A stretch of 64,000 nucleotides of DNA from Candidatus Bathyarchaeia archaeon (GCA_050013255.1 JBEKFP010000002.1:416001-480000); one strand, 5' to 3'. Counted from the first letter of the stretch, positions 31,100 to 42,458 are shown. Translations and numbers: made by a program. Notes: generated by a model not told the origin, from the sequence alone.

Positions 31100-31738
31100 T
31101 CATTGTGTAACTGGCTTGGGTTCGGCGTTTGTCATGTTGAACCAAACCTGCAACCAAGCTGTTCGGTTTTCGCCATCCGAGTTCCAGCCAAACCCCCATG
31201 CATTACTATCCGTTTGCCACGTCCAAAGTTCAATGATTAATCGGAAATTGTATCCATTTGTTGCCATCCAATCTGAAATCTGATATGTTTCATTGTTGAT
31301 CTCCAAATTTAGAATACGAGTGGATCCGCCTGCCAAAGTTGCATTCGATATGCTCCAAACGAACGGCATTTCCCATGTCTCGTTGTTCTGTAGGAATTTG
31401 GCAAAATCAGTAACAGTAGGTGCGGGCGATTCTAACCCTTTATCATCGGGTGGCTTAATGGTCATGTTACTGATCTTGATGCGAAGTGAGACAAGTTGCA
31501 CTGTGCCCATGTTGTCGGTGACACCAAGATACCACGTGACGGGTTCATCGATTCCTAGGTCAGGATCATTCCTCGGGTAATAGCGAGTGGCGGTGTGATT
31601 TGCGCCGAGGATGTAGATTTGGAAGAATTGTTCGCTTGGACGTGGTGTAGTACCGACATACACCATAAGTTCGCACACGATGAGTAGAATGATGAACACC
31701 GCGATCAGTGTTCGTCGATCTTGTGAAGTGGACTTCAT
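31100..31738 (-). CDS. DUF1616 C-terminal-type protein (TM plus extracellular domain)
   Basis: EQFFQIYILG..A.RYYP; NFRLIIELW; WLQVWFN. Confidence 0.75.
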   Translation of the reverse strand: MKSTSQDRRTLIAVFIILLIVCELMVYVGTTPRPSEQFFQIYILGANHTATRYYPRNDPDLGIDEPVTWYLGVTDNMGTVQLVSLRIKISNMTIKPPDDKGLESPAPTVTDFAKFLQNNETWEMPFVWSISNATLAGGSTRILNLEINNETYQISDWMATNGYNFRLIIELWTWQTDSNAWGFGWNSDGENRTAWLQVWFNMTNAEPKPVTQ

Positions 31739-32220
31739 TTGAGACTTAGCCTCATCTGAGACGTCCGTCTGATACGATACTTCTTACGGAGTGATATTAT
31801 GAATGCAAAGACAACGGTTCCGAGAAAGGCCGCTATTGCTCCGCTTACATAGGTTAGGGGTTTGTTCATGAAAGTGCGTTGGGAGGCGAGGGTGGTAAGG
31901 TCGATCGCTTGGTTCTGCACGGTCTTTAGAGTCTGATCCACTTGCGCAAGGAGCTCAGCCTGTTGCTCTGCTTCATTAGGTGCGTTTAATTTGAGAGCTT
32001 CACGGTCCTGCTCGAGCGCTGTGTTAAGACTGGCTACCAGCACTGAAATTTCTCTGGACGTGGCACCCGCGGATTCTGCTCTGTGCACTGCAATGATGGT
32101 TTGGCCGAAGCCAGGCTGTAGAGTCTCAATGTTTTGAGATTTCACTGGTCCGAGTGGCAAAATGGCCAAAATGGCTAGAATTGCGAGTATGGCAATGGTG
32201 GGAAACTTGTTGTGACTCAT
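31735..32220 (-). CDS. Secreted helical protein with C-terminal TM
   Basis: Signal peptide, AESAG..LVASLNTAL; paralogue of 41336..41845. Confidence 0.7.
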   Translation of the reverse strand: MSHNKFPTIAILAILAILAILPLGPVKSQNIETLQPGFGQTIIAVHRAESAGATSREISVLVASLNTALEQDREALKLNAPNEAEQQAELLAQVDQTLKTVQNQAIDLTTLASQRTFMNKPLTYVSGAIAAFLGTVVFAFIISLRKKYRIRRTSQMRLSLK

Positions 32221-32448
32221 TGTGGGTTCATTCATGTAGAGGTTCAAATAGAATATAGTGATAACGGTGGAAGCGTGATTAGAACCCAATAAGGTAGGCT
32301 CTGATTCTGACTGAAATCGGAATAGACGAAAGAGGATTGGAATATATTGAAGAAAATGGTGCAATGAGGGTTCAAATTTTGTACGTCCGTTGTCAAGAAT
32401 CGAATTCACTCCATACTCGATAATCCGGCTATATCGAGTGCGACCAAC

Positions 32449-33741
32449 TTAGCAACTTAGCAAGTAATTTTCGAATCCTTCCGCAATTATGTTCCAATTA
32501 AATCTTCGTTCGACGATGCATCTGCCCTGAGCCCCCCACTGCTTCATCATCTTCCTGTTGTCGTGTAAGGAGCTTATCGCTTTGGCGAACTCTTTTGGAT
32601 CTGCGTCCTTGACGTACGTCCCGCACTTGTTCTCACCAACAATCCATCGATTGCATGGAATGTCAGTAATGATTACCGGTTTTTCCATGGCAAGGTACTC
32701 GAGAAGATTGAGTGGGCATTGGTGGATCCAGTCCTGGTGGTTGGGCAATGGGACCAAGCCAACGTCAGCCATAGCAATATACTGAGGCACTTGATTGTAA
32801 TGAACGGGATCATGAAGGACCACCCTACCTTGAAGGCTTCTCTCGTCTACAAGGCGTCTTATTGTTGACAGCGCTGGTCCTGATCCCAAAATGAAAAAAA
32901 CGACATCATCGTACTTGTCTCTATCGAGTACTTCAAGGGATCTTGCCACCTCAATGAGGCCTCTGTTGCGTGATACTGCGCCGTGATACAAGAGTACAAA
33001 TGCGTTATCCAAGCCCTGCTTGCGTCTTAGCAACGCGCCTTCAGCAGCGTATTTGGCAGGATCGAATTGGGTTGACACGCCGTTTACCCAGAATCCAATC
33101 TCATCGGGATCCATTTGGAAACTCTTCGCAATATCATCTCTCATTAAGCTTGTAACTGCAGTTATCCCATCAAACATTCTCTTGGCGATGAGAACAGAAA
33201 TCCTGAAGAAAAGATTCTTCACAGCCATCTGCCACCCGTAGACCTCTATAGGTATCGATCTGATATCCAAGATCACCTTGACATTCAAGCACCTCGATAA
33301 CACAGGTTTCCAGAGAAAAGCAAGGATCCAAGGGCCTGGATCAGTTACTATGAAACGCGGTTTCTTGACGAGAACGTAGATTGGCAAGAATAGGAACATG
33401 ATTACTGAGAAGAAGATTAAGTGAAATGGCGGTGCGAACCTGAGAGGAATACAGCAGACTTTCAGGTCGTCTGTAGAATAATGTTCCTTTGAACGGACAG
33501 CACAAAGTTCAACATCAAAACCACGATTGGCTAGATGCCTTAGCATCTCGATGGCACATGTTCTGTGAAAATGCCTGTCCAATACCAGTTCGCTAATCCA
33601 GACCAAACTCTTGCCATTAATTGCTTTACGTCGCGTTTCAGAACTATTCGGTTGGCGGTTCGAGCCACGACTGAAATTCGGGTCTGGTGATGCTGTCGCA
33701 TGCGCAGGCTGCTCGATGCTCCTCTTCAGTGCGGCTTCCAT
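32449..33741 (-). CDS. GT4 glycosyltransferase
   Basis: YHGAVSRNRGL, ADVGLVP, PLNLLEYLAMEKPVI. Confidence 0.9.
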   Translation of the reverse strand: MEAALKRSIEQPAHATASPDPNFSRGSNRQPNSSETRRKAINGKSLVWISELVLDRHFHRTCAIEMLRHLANRGFDVELCAVRSKEHYSTDDLKVCCIPLRFAPPFHLIFFSVIMFLFLPIYVLVKKPRFIVTDPGPWILAFLWKPVLSRCLNVKVILDIRSIPIEVYGWQMAVKNLFFRISVLIAKRMFDGITAVTSLMRDDIAKSFQMDPDEIGFWVNGVSTQFDPAKYAAEGALLRRKQGLDNAFVLLYHGAVSRNRGLIEVARSLEVLDRDKYDDVVFFILGSGPALSTIRRLVDERSLQGRVVLHDPVHYNQVPQYIAMADVGLVPLPNHQDWIHQCPLNLLEYLAMEKPVIITDIPCNRWIVGENKCGTYVKDADPKEFAKAISSLHDNRKMMKQWGAQGRCIVERRFNWNIIAEGFENYLLSC

Positions 33742-34212
33742 TCAGTACCCCTTCCAGAAGTCAACTCGGCTCTTCGTTGTGCTTCTGGTTATTCAAGCGT
33801 TTGGCTCTGCATTTGCTGCATCCTAGCTTTCTCTAAGCTTTCTTCCCTTAAGTGTTCCCAATAGCTCTCGAAGCCCTTCTGTCGCAGCTTCTCCCATAGT
33901 CGCTACTCGAGATCAATTCGAGCACCTTCGTCCTAGGCAAATCTACCGGTGTGTTCCCTGTATTCCTTCTCCAGTCTTCTTACTAATGGCACGTGACGCG
34001 CCTCCGATAATCACGAACTCTTTGGTTCGTGTTTGATCAAGCATAGGAATAGTAATTGCACAACAAGTTAGCAATGACTAACTTCGCGAATAAGAATGAA
34101 GGCATGCTCTATCCGCTAATTGGATCCCTGTTTCTTGCATCAAGAGTCTGTCTGCGGACCCTGAAGGCCTATTATAGATGTTGGAGAACATTCGACGCTG
34201 AGGACTGTTCGA

Positions 34213-35364
34213 ATGCCGATTCGAATTTTCTGGTGCCAGCCAGTGGGCGTTATGGATTACCGTTTGCCTTTTTTCGAGAAGGCGCAAAGAGCTTTCGACA
34301 TAACGTTCCTATTCCATCAAAGAGGACCAGTGAATCACAAACTAAATTGCACCTATTCTAGCAGCATTAGCCGCATTATTGATAATGCATTATTGATAAA
34401 GATGATCGGCCTTTCAGTCCTGGGGCCAGCCGATTTTCAATCTATGTACTCCTCGATACAGCGCTGTAATGTCTTTGTTAGTTCATTTGTTTGGAACTCC
34501 TACACACTCGTAGGCCTCGTTCTTTGCAAGCTCTTTCGCAAAAAAGTGATTGTTTGGGAGGAGATGCACGTAGTTCCTCCGGGTCTCAGATTTGGCATTC
34601 AACACGCTCTAATTCGGATGGCGCTTAAGCATATAGATGCTTTCTTCGTCTGCGGAGAATCGCAGAATCATTTTCTTATATCCAACGGAGTAGCTCCCAA
34701 GAAACTTTTCGTAACTAATGAATATCCGGGCCATGTCTATTCGGACGTGCAACCACGCCCCGTCGCTCTTCCCTTTAATGCTCACGAAAAGGTAATTCTC
34801 TATCTAGGAAGACTGGTGGAAGCCAAAGGTGTAGAGTACCTTATCAAAGCTTTCAGCCTCGTGGAAAAGCAATGTAACGATGCTACTCTCGTGATTGTTG
34901 GTGACGGTCCCCTGCGAAAAGATTTGGAAAATCTAGCAAGACAACTGGGACTGCGTAGGATCCATTTTACTGGGTACGTCGGAGACGTTCACGTGAAATC
35001 CTACCTTTTTGGAAGAAGTTGTATGGTGATTGTCCCCTCCATAATCACTGAGAAGCCAAAGGAAGGGGGATCGCGTGAAGCCGGATCGATGGTTGCGCTT
35101 GAGGCACTATCAGCAGGGAAGCCGGTCATTAGCACCGATGCGGTTCCTCACTGCTTGGCTTTCATAAAAGATGGGATAAATGGTTACAGGGTACCGCAGA
35201 GAAATGTTGATGCCTTAGCTGACAAGATAATGCGCCTCTTGGATGTGCCAATAATGCCAACACAAGTTCTATCGACCTTCCGCGAAATTAAGGGACATGA
35301 CTATCAAGTTGAACAGCTACAAGAAGCAGTATCTTACGTGATACGCGAGAAAACGAATACGTGA
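34213..35364 (+). CDS. GT4 glycosyltransferase
   Basis: YLGRLVEAKGV, VGDGPL, EAGSMVALEALSAGKPVI. Confidence 0.9.
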   Translation: MPIRIFWCQPVGVMDYRLPFFEKAQRAFDITFLFHQRGPVNHKLNCTYSSSISRIIDNALLIKMIGLSVLGPADFQSMYSSIQRCNVFVSSFVWNSYTLVGLVLCKLFRKKVIVWEEMHVVPPGLRFGIQHALIRMALKHIDAFFVCGESQNHFLISNGVAPKKLFVTNEYPGHVYSDVQPRPVALPFNAHEKVILYLGRLVEAKGVEYLIKAFSLVEKQCNDATLVIVGDGPLRKDLENLARQLGLRRIHFTGYVGDVHVKSYLFGRSCMVIVPSIITEKPKEGGSREAGSMVALEALSAGKPVISTDAVPHCLAFIKDGINGYRVPQRNVDALADKIMRLLDVPIMPTQVLSTFREIKGHDYQVEQLQEAVSYVIREKTNT

Positions 35365-35830
35365 TTCACGTTGCCGAATGCCTCAGATAACCGAGGCATC
35401 TTAATCATAATTCTCGCTAGAGATTTAGAACGCACGCATCTTTATCAAAGCATCAAGCTCAGTTGACTCCTTCCTGTAGATATAATGCTCGTCGAATTCA
35501 CTGGACTTTAACACTCATCCTTGTCACGTTTTCTACTAGAGTATCAATTGCCCTAACGCTCCAACCTCGTATTTCACAAGCCAAGGTTCCTGACCCCGAA
35601 TCACATTTCTGATATACACAGTAACCGCGGGAGACTTAGATTCTTCCCATTACGCCCATTCGCCGCCGATCCGACTTCTTCCGGTGCTCAGATAACTCTC
35701 GAAGCCCACCTATCGGTTTCTGGTAGTCCATATTGTCAGTGTACAGCAGCTGAACGGTGCGCTTGACATTCCGTGCAAACGATCACGCACCTCATGATGT
35801 CATCACGGTCAAAGTATGACGAGCCTTGTC

Positions 35831-37417
35831 TCATATTGCCGCGTATATGACTCCGTCCCCGTAATTGAATATAATATTGTATCTCGATGTTAGTTTAGTT
35901 TTCGCAGCAAGGTACGTGCTTCCTGCAAAGGCAGGCGTTGCTGTTGGCGCAAGAACGTAGTCCATTGAACTCGGATCAATCTCGTCGAAGGTGAAAAAAA
36001 CTCTCATCGACGCGTTGCCATTGTCGGATAGACCAAAGAACCCCCTCACGATGAAGGGTGTAAAGATTCTTAGTGGATTACGCGCGCCCGCCTCCAATTC
36101 TATATTAGTGGATAGGAACGTAGCGGCCTGCGCGTCCTCCTGAGGCTGATACAGTGAAGAATAATAATTCATGTGCATAACACAGAAAATTGACGAAATT
36201 GAAAGGAAAAGAAGCAAGCCACCACGTAATTTGCGCGTGTGCAGTAATTCGGGGAAATGGCCACTCCCTATCGCGGCTACCACTGCTGCCAATTGTAGTG
36301 CTCTCGTGCCAAGAAGGCTGACCGCTGCACCCACGCCGAAAGCCAAGGTGCTCGCGGATATGAGTGCGACATCTTGAGGAAGAGCCCTACGCTTTCCTAT
36401 TAAATGAGCGAGCCCAAAGCCAGAAAGAGCCGTCACACTTAGCACTGAAAGTCTCGCGAACGTTAGATAGGGCGACGTACCGTACCCCGTTATCCTTATT
36501 CCATATTGAGAAAAGCCAAGCATCAACTGGATCGAGTAGATTGTACCCAGAATTAGTCCAAAAAGAGCAGAAAACGTGACGAGCATACTCCCTACCAGTC
36601 CCAATGTCATTGCGAAGATCCCTATGATCAGGTAGCGTCGATTCTGGAAGGCTCTAGCGAATAGGTAGACAGCATAATAGGCCAGCATGAATGGATGCGA
36701 GATTGCCGTCGCCACCACAAGCGTCAGTACCGCTACTGTTCCAGCCAAACTTTTTCCACACGAATAATCAACATAGAGCAACATCATTACAAAGACCCAC
36801 GCAAGGGTCTGCGGTGCAAATTGATAGTTTACAAAGAAAAATCCGATAATCGAAAAAGCGACAACACTCCAAAATCCGTCAAGTCCGTGTCTTGTTGCTA
36901 TGAAGAAAACCATCGATACCATAACTAACCCGGTGCCGAGATAGAAGACCGACACAGTGATATTCAGCGGCAAGGTGGTTATTTCGCTTAACATGCGGAT
37001 CAAGAGGAAGAAACCTGGCCAAGGGTAGACCCCCAAGGCTTGTGGATTCGTGAAACCACCAGACAAGTAAGCGGGCGCGAGGTTTAGGAAGAATGTGTCG
37101 GAACCAGGAACGTAGTAGTAGAAATAGCTCAAGGAATTTATGAGCATAAAGAAACCAACTCCGGCGCCCCACTTAACCGGCACAGAGTGAGATGTGGTAG
37201 CTATCCGCCAAAACGAAATCACGAAAATAAGATACGAAACCCAATACGTCCAATAGACGGAACTCAGAAAAGGCAGATTCGTTGATTCCTGATGCAGCGG
37301 ATAACTCTTGGCCCAGGCTAGCAGCAGTAGCACAATCGCGGTTAGCAGAATAGACGTCCAGACATATGCCGACGCCCTAGAGCCGAGGGTCAGACGCCTC
37401 AATGGGTACTTCTCCAA
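35831..37417 (-). CDS. Multi-pass membrane protein (possible glycan polymerase or GT-C-like)
   Basis: ~12 TM; PGSD, YPWP, QFAPQ, SHPF, RALQ motifs shared with 42507..44120. Confidence 0.7.
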   Translation of the reverse strand: MEKYPLRRLTLGSRASAYVWTSILLTAIVLLLLAWAKSYPLHQESTNLPFLSSVYWTYWVSYLIFVISFWRIATTSHSVPVKWGAGVGFFMLINSLSYFYYYVPGSDTFFLNLAPAYLSGGFTNPQALGVYPWPGFFLLIRMLSEITTLPLNITVSVFYLGTGLVMVSMVFFIATRHGLDGFWSVVAFSIIGFFFVNYQFAPQTLAWVFVMMLLYVDYSCGKSLAGTVAVLTLVVATAISHPFMLAYYAVYLFARAFQNRRYLIIGIFAMTLGLVGSMLVTFSALFGLILGTIYSIQLMLGFSQYGIRITGYGTSPYLTFARLSVLSVTALSGFGLAHLIGKRRALPQDVALISASTLAFGVGAAVSLLGTRALQLAAVVAAIGSGHFPELLHTRKLRGGLLLFLSISSIFCVMHMNYYSSLYQPQEDAQAATFLSTNIELEAGARNPLRIFTPFIVRGFFGLSDNGNASMRVFFTFDEIDPSSMDYVLAPTATPAFAGSTYLAAKTKLTSRYNIIFNYGDGVIYAAI

Positions 37418-37670
37418 TTCTCTCTGACAAGCGTTCTAGCGGACGAGACAAACACCGAAGAAACGCTGTCCCAGAGGACGAAATGTTTCAGCATACAATG
37501 TCCGCCGCTATCTCATCAGACTGTACGGTGGAGGATCTTATTTACCCGCGTCGGTAAATAAGAACTGTGCGTCCGGAATCGAACTCAGAACCATTCGGTA
37601 TCGCATCAATAATGGTCTCTATTTCCTTCTGGGACGCAAATTTTCGGGTGAAGAGGAAACCGCTGATTTC

Positions 37671-38198
37671 CTAGTTGGGCTGATGTGTGAGACTGGATAC
37701 CTCTCTGTACTGCCTTACTACTCCCACTCCAGCTAGTCCGAGTGTGAACGTGGTCAGTGAGATTACGATCGGCGTAAGTCTGACCCCCCAAGGCGTATAG
37801 TTCAATAGTAGACCAACCAGCGGGACCAGTGCCAAGCTTAGCCCAATGCTCAGCGCGAAACGCTCGATCGCATGTAGCTCGCGAAATCGCGGAAACAACG
37901 CCTCAACTGTCACGTAACCCGGCAGGAATAGAACAAACACGGAACCCAAGGCCCATCGCACTGCCACCAGCGGAAGCTCGCTTGGGAGCGTGGAAATCGC
38001 GAGCACCGTTATCAGCGATGTCGCCACTGACGCGTAGAACCAAACGTTCCTTTCCCAAAGTCCAAGATACTCCCTCAGAGACCTCACTTCTGGCGGGGCA
38101 TCTTCAACGTCAATCTGACCCTGCTTGGCGAGACGCCACACAAGATCCGTGATCTCAGTGTCAGTTACCGTTGACTTCTTCGCTCTAAGCGCATCCAA
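37671..38198 (-). CDS. DUF1616 N-terminal-type membrane protein with wHTH-like N-terminus
   Basis: RWALGSVFVLFLPGY..ERFALSIGLSLALVPLVGLLLNYTPWG; frame stays open and homologous to ~38270. Confidence 0.85.
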   Translation of the reverse strand: MDALRAKKSTVTDTEITDLVWRLAKQGQIDVEDAPPEVRSLREYLGLWERNVWFYASVATSLITVLAISTLPSELPLVAVRWALGSVFVLFLPGYVTVEALFPRFRELHAIERFALSIGLSLALVPLVGLLLNYTPWGVRLTPIVISLTTFTLGLAGVGVVRQYREVSSLTHQPN

Positions 38199-38741
38199 TA
38201 ATGCTGGGACGGTCGTTGTGCCGTTCTTCCTCAGATAGTCAAGCGCCTGATCATCTAGGCTTTCCGTCTTAGTACAGCTCCACTCTTCCCCGAACCGTGC
38301 TACCGAAGGTCGGGGATGATGTGTGGGATGAAGAAACTGTAATTGGGAGAGACATTATGAGAATGATGGCGAGTGGTATTGCGTAATGACGAGAACGTCT
38401 GGAAATGAACTCAAGTATCGATCCTTGTTGCAAACTCGTTTCGTCCTATGAGGTTTCACTCATTCTATAGCAGACTATATTTCGATTTCGAGGGCAGGCA
38501 GTTTGTCAGCGGCGCGCATCTTACACCACTAACCAAGGGGAAGTTCTCGTAGTGACGAAGTGATCGCTATGCTCAAATGCTGTGTTATGTGTGAAGACGC
38601 CTTGGTGAGGTTCAAGCTTATCAGCTGTAGATAGAAAACTGATTAGTGTTCTATGTATCTGTTGTTGTGAATTACGCGTGACACGACACTTAACAATCTC
38701 AGGTGCAACTTTTGGAGTCGATGAGATTTTTCATGGTGCGT

Positions 38742-38843
38742 GCGCTCGCTGGACTGATGCTCCTGCTTCTTTCATCTCAGGCTTTCGCGGTAGGTACGAT
38801 TGCCATTTTGATGAAACGGTCGGAGATTAGAATCGAATGTTAG
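38742..38843 (+). pseudogene. Remnant of the C-terminus of a GT2 paralogue
   Basis: ALAGLMLLLLSSQAFAVGTIAILMKRSEIRI versus ALLAAVLLFGAGQALTVGSLSLLIKRAEARI (53830..54798). Confidence 0.65.
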
Positions 38844-38966
38844 GGACTATGAGGAGAACAAAGGGGACCAAGGAGAATTCGAGAGTTAATCTACACATCA
38901 GGAGAACGAATAGTTGAAGCGAACATTTATGTCATTCGTCAAGTAACATCGAGTGGTTATTGCGGG

Positions 38967-40007
38967 TTGGCTGAGATTAATTGCGAGATATGTGGTGTTC
39001 ATCCGGCGATTAAGGGCAGTACTGTATGCCAAGAATGTTCTGAGCGGTACGTAAATCTTCTACGTTCGGCAAGGCATAGAACGCGCAATATGCTTGCTCG
39101 CATGGAGAGGGCACCCGATATATCGTCTGTTGTCGAGCCGAAAGCAGAACCTGAGAAACAGAATATTCAAACGGTGCAAGAGTCCTCTGTCACACCTGAA
39201 CCTCTATCACAACGCGGTCTCACTGGTGGTCAAGTCCAATCTGAATTGCCGAGAAAGCGGACGCAATCCTCGCTAATAGGTTACCTCCTACTTGTAATCG
39301 GACTGTTGGCTCTGACTGCTTCAGTCTTACTGACCTCAACGATTTTGGTTTTTGTCGGTCTCGGAGTGACATTGTGGGGGGCACTCGTATTCTTTGTTCA
39401 ACCCCAAAAATACGTCAAGTCAGACTTGATGAATGCAACCGCAGCGTCTTCGTTGAAAACAATTGATAAGATGATGTTGGGGCTGGGTTATCGAGAGAAG
39501 GGTGTGTACGTTCCGTCCGAGCAAGACAAGGCGGTTGTGTTCGTTCCTTCTGAACCGTTTTCCAATATTCCCAAGAGCTCGGCGATTAATGATGTGACGT
39601 TTCTAGAGGATCCGCGGGGTCTGCTGGTTGTTCCACCTGGTCTAGCGCTCGCGAGCCTGATCGAGAAGAAAATTGGTTTTAATTTGAAGAATTGCGGAGT
39701 GGAGAGACTCGTTCGAGCTCTTCCTAAGGTGCTAGTAGAGGATCTGGAGATTGTTCGAGACGTTGAAGTTGAAGTAAAAGGCAACAAGATCGATTTCAAG
39801 CTCGTTGACTCTATTTATGCCGATTTTTGTCGAGAAGTTCGTGATACGAGTAGGCGATGTGGGCTGGGCTGTCCTATGTGCAGCGCATTAGCATGTATTC
39901 TCGCGGTCGCTTCAGGGAAACCCGTCGTTTTCGAGGAGGACAGGCTTGCTGCTGATAAGAGAACGACAATTTCCTCTTATGAATTGATTGATCGCACAAG
40001 GTTATAG
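38967..40007 (+). CDS. Zn-finger, 2-TM, Cys-rich (V4R-like) protein
   Basis: CEIC..CQEC; PPGLAL; FC..RRCGLGCPMCSALAC. Confidence 0.75.
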   Translation: MAEINCEICGVHPAIKGSTVCQECSERYVNLLRSARHRTRNMLARMERAPDISSVVEPKAEPEKQNIQTVQESSVTPEPLSQRGLTGGQVQSELPRKRTQSSLIGYLLLVIGLLALTASVLLTSTILVFVGLGVTLWGALVFFVQPQKYVKSDLMNATAASSLKTIDKMMLGLGYREKGVYVPSEQDKAVVFVPSEPFSNIPKSSAINDVTFLEDPRGLLVVPPGLALASLIEKKIGFNLKNCGVERLVRALPKVLVEDLEIVRDVEVEVKGNKIDFKLVDSIYADFCREVRDTSRRCGLGCPMCSALACILAVASGKPVVFEEDRLAADKRTTISSYELIDRTRL

Positions 40008-41318
40008 ATGCGGTTCAATATGCATGCTGACCGCGTCACGAGCCGCCTGCTGATCGTTGTACTAGTACTATTGATGATGGAACTTGCGAATGTTTCTCGA
40101 GTCAGCGCCGCTTCTAATGTCGCCATTATTATTTATGATCATGGAGTGACAGAACAACTAACCTGGACAAAAAATGGTAATTTTGTAGCTAATAATACCT
40201 CGAGTTTCACACAAGATGATCGTGTCGTCTTCGCATATGTTACGGCGGCAGTATCCAGTGCAAACCTCACGTGGGTGTGGTCCAATCCGGAAGGGCAATC
40301 GTTCAAGAATGATACTCAACAAGTCCGTTGCGACGTCTCACCATGTACCTTCATATCCTATTTACCGCTAGCACATACTAGCGCAGCTCTGCAACCCGGG
40401 CTGTGGACAGTGAGTCTGCAGGCAGGAGGAGCCATACTCTATTCAGACCACTTTTCTGTCACTCCAGTTGTGACTCAGGATAATTATTGGGAGTTTGATA
40501 TCCTGCAATCGGCACCTCCGCGAGTGCGTGGAGAATTAATGGTCGTGATTCATCCCAATAATGGGACTTGGAGTTCTTACGTTGTGCGCTTATGGTATGC
40601 TGCCAACGTAACTGCCCATGAATATGCCTCACATCGCCAACTTAATGTCACGACACTCCAGGACACTTTTATAGTTGATCTGGGGGCTCCGCGTCATGAT
40701 GGCTACACATTTGTATTGAGTTTTGACGTTTTGTACTCGTTGGTGAGCTTAGGTGGGTGGGATACAGGCAATTTTGCGTTCACCTGGCAGGAGTCCTCTT
40801 GGGGAACGTTCAATGATGGCTATCATTTCATTCCAGGTTCATTTAGCGTGACTCTTCCGCAGGGTGGAGGTATCATTGATACGGTGGGTATCAATGCAAT
40901 CGTTCTTAACCAGAGCGTGCGAGCAGGTTCAAAGCCCACTGTAGTTTTCACGACGACGCTTCCGCCTGGTCTACGATTCGGCTGGACTGTAATCTATAGA
41001 GATTATACGTATGTAAATTCCCATCGACCAAACTCAACCTCGGGAAACCCTGTTACCGGCTTGAGTATGGTGTTATCCCAACAGATTCCTGTAATTCCGT
41101 TATCGCTGGGTAGTTTGAGCCTATGGGCTGCAGCAATGGCAGTAATACTTGTGACCACGTCTGAATTCTTATCACCTCTCTATTCGAGGACTGGTATGGT
41201 GACGCTTAATCGTCGGCGTCTGCGCATCGCTGCTTTGTTTCTTGTTGCCGTATTCTTAGGTAGTGTTGTTTATCAGGTAATTCTACTTCAATCAATCGTT
41301 GCTCAGGTTAGTCGTTGA
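40008..41318 (+). CDS. Secreted beta-rich protein with C-terminal TM hairpin
   Basis: Signal peptide, many sequons, SEFLSPLY..RRRLR between two TMs. Confidence 0.75.
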   Translation: MRFNMHADRVTSRLLIVVLVLLMMELANVSRVSAASNVAIIIYDHGVTEQLTWTKNGNFVANNTSSFTQDDRVVFAYVTAAVSSANLTWVWSNPEGQSFKNDTQQVRCDVSPCTFISYLPLAHTSAALQPGLWTVSLQAGGAILYSDHFSVTPVVTQDNYWEFDILQSAPPRVRGELMVVIHPNNGTWSSYVVRLWYAANVTAHEYASHRQLNVTTLQDTFIVDLGAPRHDGYTFVLSFDVLYSLVSLGGWDTGNFAFTWQESSWGTFNDGYHFIPGSFSVTLPQGGGIIDTVGINAIVLNQSVRAGSKPTVVFTTTLPPGLRFGWTVIYRDYTYVNSHRPNSTSGNPVTGLSMVLSQQIPVIPLSLGSLSLWAAAMAVILVTTSEFLSPLYSRTGMVTLNRRRLRIAALFLVAVFLGSVVYQVILLQSIVAQVSR

Positions 41319-41335
41319 AATAAGGGCGGAATTAG

Positions 41336-41845
41336 ATGAACCGTACGAAACCTAAGAAATTCTCGGTGCTGAATGTGGAGACTCTGATTATAGCTCTCTC
41401 AGTTATCACTCTAACTAGTATGGCTGCGCCTCTTGCGAACTCCCAGGAAACGAATACCCTCGATAGTCTCACGTTTCAGGCATTTAGTCAGGTGGCTAAC
41501 GTTTACGCTCTTGGGGGCCAAGCGCCAGCGTTAGTTGACGAACTCAACAAGGCGCTGAGCCTCCTTCAAGAATCAAGAGTTTCACAGTCGAGTGGAAATG
41601 TGACGCAGGCAACGGCTTTGGAGAGTGAAGCGAGGTCACTTATCTCGGACGTATTGGCGCGCGCACCATCCGCGGCGCATCAAGCGTCGGTTGAGTCATC
41701 CAACAAGATTATCTATACTGTTGCAACGATCCCAATCATCGTCGCTATATCGACGATTTGCTTCTACGCAGTGCTCCGCTCTTGGAGTCGGTATGAAAGA
41801 GCTAAGCTTTTCGAGTTGAGGATTGTTGAGAAGGAGAACGCGTAA
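41336..41845 (+). CDS. Secreted helical protein with C-terminal TM
   Basis: ALGG..LVDELNKAL; paralogue of 31735..32220. Confidence 0.75.
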   Translation: MNRTKPKKFSVLNVETLIIALSVITLTSMAAPLANSQETNTLDSLTFQAFSQVANVYALGGQAPALVDELNKALSLLQESRVSQSSGNVTQATALESEARSLISDVLARAPSAAHQASVESSNKIIYTVATIPIIVAISTICFYAVLRSWSRYERAKLFELRIVEKENA

Positions 41846-42458
41846 TTCTACCTATGTCATTGTTTTTGCGATACTTGCCACAGTGATTGTGTCAAGTGGA
41901 GCGTACGTAATGCTGAACGCTCCTCCGCCTGAAAGATTCTTCGCAATGTGGATCTTGGGATCAAATGGTTTGGCAGAACATTACTATCCCAACGATAATC
42001 CGAACATTACTGTTAACGAACCAGTCAACTGGACTCTTAACGTATACAATCATATGCCTTCCCTTGAATATGTGGTTGTGAGAGTGAAACTTCTGAACTC
42101 CACAATGGCAAGCCCAAATGAAACAACGGGCACCCCTAGCCCCTCTTCTTCCTTAATTGAGTTCACGCATGTTCTAATCTCAAATCAAACCTGGTCATTT
42201 CCATTCAACTGGGTAATGACGAATGTCATAACGGAAGCCCGTAACATTACAGCCGTGAATGAGCTATCGATCAACCAAGCTAGTTTTAAGGGCGATTTGG
42301 CTGAAACAAAGTTAGGAGTTAATTTCAGATTCGTATTCGAACTATGGTTCTACGACCAGAATGTTGACCAGCTTTCCTTCGCATGGAATGTTGCGAACAC
42401 TAGAGAGTCTGTATGGACTCAGCTCTGGTTCAACGCCTTAGCAGTTTCAACGGCGTGA
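41823..42458 (+). CDS. DUF1616 C-terminal-type protein
   Basis: ERFFAMWILGSNGLAEHYYP, VYNHM, NFRFVFELW, WTQLWFN. Confidence 0.8.
   Translation: MLRRRTRNSTYVIVFAILATVIVSSGAYVMLNAPPPERFFAMWILGSNGLAEHYYPNDNPNITVNEPVNWTLNVYNHMPSLEYVVVRVKLLNSTMASPNETTGTPSPSSSLIEFTHVLISNQTWSFPFNWVMTNVITEARNITAVNELSINQASFKGDLAETKLGVNFRFVFELWFYDQNVDQLSFAWNVANTRESVWTQLWFNALAVSTA

Noticed and set aside
33745-35830. Intergenic stretches 33745-34000 and 35400-35830 as gene relics
   Set aside because: Short coding-like patches, but no identifiable homology.
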